NCBI RefSeq assembly: GCF_001194135.2
Contig: NC_069001.1
Coordinates: 21,407,436-21,444,169, forward strand
Reading direction: 5' to 3'
DNA: 36,734 nt
From: Octopus bimaculoides
Taxonomy: Eukaryota
Under the pieces are notes generated by a model that saw only the letters and a list, made by a program, of their open reading frames with translations, searched no databases and was not told the origin of the DNA. A program made the position numbers and the translations under genes. The first letter of the stretch is position 1. Each line of letters begins with the position of its first letter. Below, one piece after another: positions 33,697 through 36,734 of the stretch.

Positions 33697-35637
33697 TATA
33701 CATACACATATAAATGTGTGTATATGTGTGTGGGAGTGTGTGCGTGTGTATATGTATAATGCAAGTAGAAACAGAAAATGCACCGACAGCTTCATGATAA
33801 AAATATTAGTTTATGAAATATAATGCTTACATAATCAGTCCGTTTCTCTTTCTGGAATTATGATTTTGTAATTAATGTTGTTATAATTTCATCATTTCAA
33901 AAGAAGCTGTCGTTGTTGATGATGTTTTAATTTTGTAATAGACGTTGATGCTAACAGAGGAGGTAATAAAAGAATGTTATTGACAGTAACAGTGGAGCTA
34001 ATAAATAGATTATTAATTTTCTACTATTAATAGTAGTAATAGATATAAATGTAATCAAATTTAATTAAATGTGTTTATGTAAGTGCGATCGAAATTTTTC
34101 AACGAGTTCAGTTTCATTGTTTCTCCGCTGTTGTTCAGGAGTTCCGTCATTACATTGGTATAAAGTAAATATATTAAAATTTAGTTGGTGATTCATATCA
34201 TATGTAGATATAGTTCTAAAGGGAGACATTTGCCTGTAATTAGAAAAACTTATTATTTCGTTCTTTATTTAATTCATGCTTTCTCTATTCGCTCTACATA
34301 ATTTTCTAAAATCTTGAACAACTGCTTTTCGTAAACTACGTTACATATTGCAAAGGTAATATTTTGGTAATTTTCAATTTTTGTTCTTGTTTCAACTAAA
34401 TTTAAAAACCTTCGAATGTGGTAAGAAAATTGCATAACTGCATCGCTCACACAGTTAGACTGTACTGTTTCTCTTGTTGCATAAAATTTGGTACCTTTTC
34501 TGTTGGCATCATTTTTATAGATTTTTGTTTGTTGTTTTAGTAATAGCACTTCCACTATCTTAAGAAGATCGATACATAATGTTGGTCTTAACTCGCAGGT
34601 ACTTATATGCCATTGTGTATATCCTTTGCGCTAAATTATGAGAAATATTTGTTTTTGCGTTTTTAGTGACACGATGTAAATTGTAGATATTTCTTCCAGA
34701 CTGTAGGGTGATAAAATATGTTTGTCTTACTCTTGTGTTCAACTCTCGTTGCTAAAATATATTAAGTTTGCAGTTTCTCTTCATTGTACTGCATTTCAAT
34801 TACGTTATTATTATATTTAGCAGAATTTTGCATTCATTTAATTTCTCTAAGACTTCATTTCAAAATCACTCATTTAGAAGCTTAATCAGCTCTCTTCTGT
34901 ATATTGATGGAAAGTTCTTATTCTCTTATCAACTCTTGATACATTGTAGTCTTCAAATATCCTAAAAAACTTCCATATCATGGAGCTAAAATCCTACCAA
35001 TTTCAGTTCCAAATTATTTTCGGTAATAGTTGACATTAGAAATGAAATAGTTATTTTGGAGAAAAAATTTTAATCCATCGTTTTTTAATTCCCTCGGGTA
35101 ATTATTTTGCATAATTATACAATCAGAATTTTATTGATTCTTTTCTATAGTCGTAAGGCAGTGCCTTTTGATTGGTCGTGGTTTTGGAAGTCGATTCAGC
35201 ATATCTGGATCGTATCTCATAAAATCTAGGAGATAGCATTTACTAAAACAATATCGGCCGCGCTTAAATATGCACAAATAGTTAATTATAATTACAGTGA
35301 TAGTTAATTAATGTGAATTAATTTTATTTACATTTCATTAATTTTAATTACCTTCATAGTTGTCACAATTTTTAAGAATATGAAAAACATATTCCACCTG
35401 AAACAAGATCGCCAACAACGAATTATGATATAAAATTGTAAGATCGTTAATTCCAACACCATGTAAACATTTTACAGTGCGAACCCGATTTATTACATTA
35501 GCATTACTTTTCAGGCATAACGTTTTGCGATAGGAATTTCTCCTATATTTTCAATACATTTTACCATGCCTATATATCTTGATTTCTAACATTTCACACA
35601 CACAAACCCACATATAAACATGCCCATTCCTATATAT

Positions 35638-35691
35638 NNNNNNNNNNNNNNNNNNNNNNNNNNNNNNNNNNNNNNNNNNNNNNNNNNNNNN
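35638..35691. other. Assembly gap (N run)
   Basis: N run. Confidence 1.
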
Positions 35692-36334
35692 AAAGAAAGA
35701 AAGAAAGATAGAAAATGAGGAAGAGAAAATAAAGCAGCGACTGTAGTTTAAATATCAAATGATGTAGTCACAATTTCGCACTTGCTTGCAAGCATAGCGG
35801 CAGTAAAAACAGCACCTTCTGCACTTGTTTACATAAATCAGAAATGTTTTGCATAAAGCGTACTCACCATAGAATATTCATTCACACGTTACTGATGATT
35901 TTCATGTTCATCTTCTCTGTTTGGCCCCATCTTATGTACCACGATGTGGGTTGTTTTCATATATTTTACATAGCTTTATAAATGGAAATCTACTGCTGCT
36001 TTGTTCTAGAATCAAATAATATATTTTGTGTAAATGCATTCTTCCCTTTATCTGCATTTCTTCATCCCTTTCTGTTTTCCTTCGGTTCATATAGAGTATT
36101 TCTGTAGGAGAGACCAAAGACGCTTCAGTTAAGTGGATTATATTCCATCTTTATTTTAACTGTTTATTCAATTTTGTTCTACAAATCCATACTTTTGTGC
36201 AAACAATCAAATGCGGTAATCCAAGGAAATTTAACGTTTAAACATCCAGCCAAATAAATACAAATTTGTTTTTGTTTCTATTTTTTCTTGTTTTCTGAAT
36301 AATATTTTTCACAGCTTCCTATTTTATGATTGAC

Positions 36335-36712
36335 AAGTTGTGTAGTAAGAAGCTTGCTTCCCAGCCATATGATTCCAGGTTCAGTGCCACTGCATGGCAC
36401 CTTGGACAACTGTCTTCTACTATAACTTCAAGCCAATGAAAACCTTGTGAGTGGATCTCGTAGACGGAAACTGAAAGAAGCACGTCGTATATATGTTTAT
36501 GTATATATCTATGTACGTCTGTCTGTTTTTTCCTCCTTCCAACACTTGAGAACCGGTGTTTGTGTGTTTATGTCCACGTAACCTAGTGGTTCGGCAAAAG
36601 ATATCAATAGAATAAGTACCTGGCTTTAAAAAAGTACTGGAGTTGATACATTCGACTATAAACTCATTCGACGAGTTTATAGTCAGTGGCTTTACTGAAA
36701 CAAGTAAAAGAT
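36335..36712 (+). mobile_element. Near full-length SINE (family A)
   Basis: Contains both halves seen elsewhere (gtagtaagaagcttgcttccc...gtagacggaaactgaaagaag...; gaaccggtg..tgtgtttatgtcc.cgtaac.tag.ggttcggcaaaag...actgaaacaagtaaaaga) joined by a short TA/TG tract. Confidence 0.85.
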
Positions 36713-36734
36713 AATATATATATATATATATATA

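Noticed and set aside
1-36734. CRISPR arrays, rRNA genes or prokaryotic operons
   Set aside because: None seen; the repeats are eukaryotic microsatellites and transposons.

Overview
AT-rich, microsatellite-dense eukaryotic genomic DNA with six assembly gaps. The SINE families look like those I recall from Octopus (cephalopod) genomes; this is recognition from memory, not a search result. No intact, nameable protein-coding gene is present, and most ORF-track entries are microsatellite or N-gap artefacts. The window is mostly transposon debris: two R4/Dong-like RLE non-LTR relics, a mariner fossil, a Helitron with intact TC...CTAG ends and a Rep pseudogene fragment, further Helitron-like pieces, about 15 SINE fragments and two long inverted repeats. 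The most notable signal is four minimal type I hammerhead-ribozyme motifs of the kind carried by Penelope-like elements. One is fully canonical (19237-19310, minus), two point outward in the arms of a 1.1-kb inverted repeat (20807-21945), and one has a core substitution (31593-31638). There are also several clusters of phase-compatible tiny exons with short introns on the minus strand, which may belong to an unidentified gene or pseudogene (low confidence).
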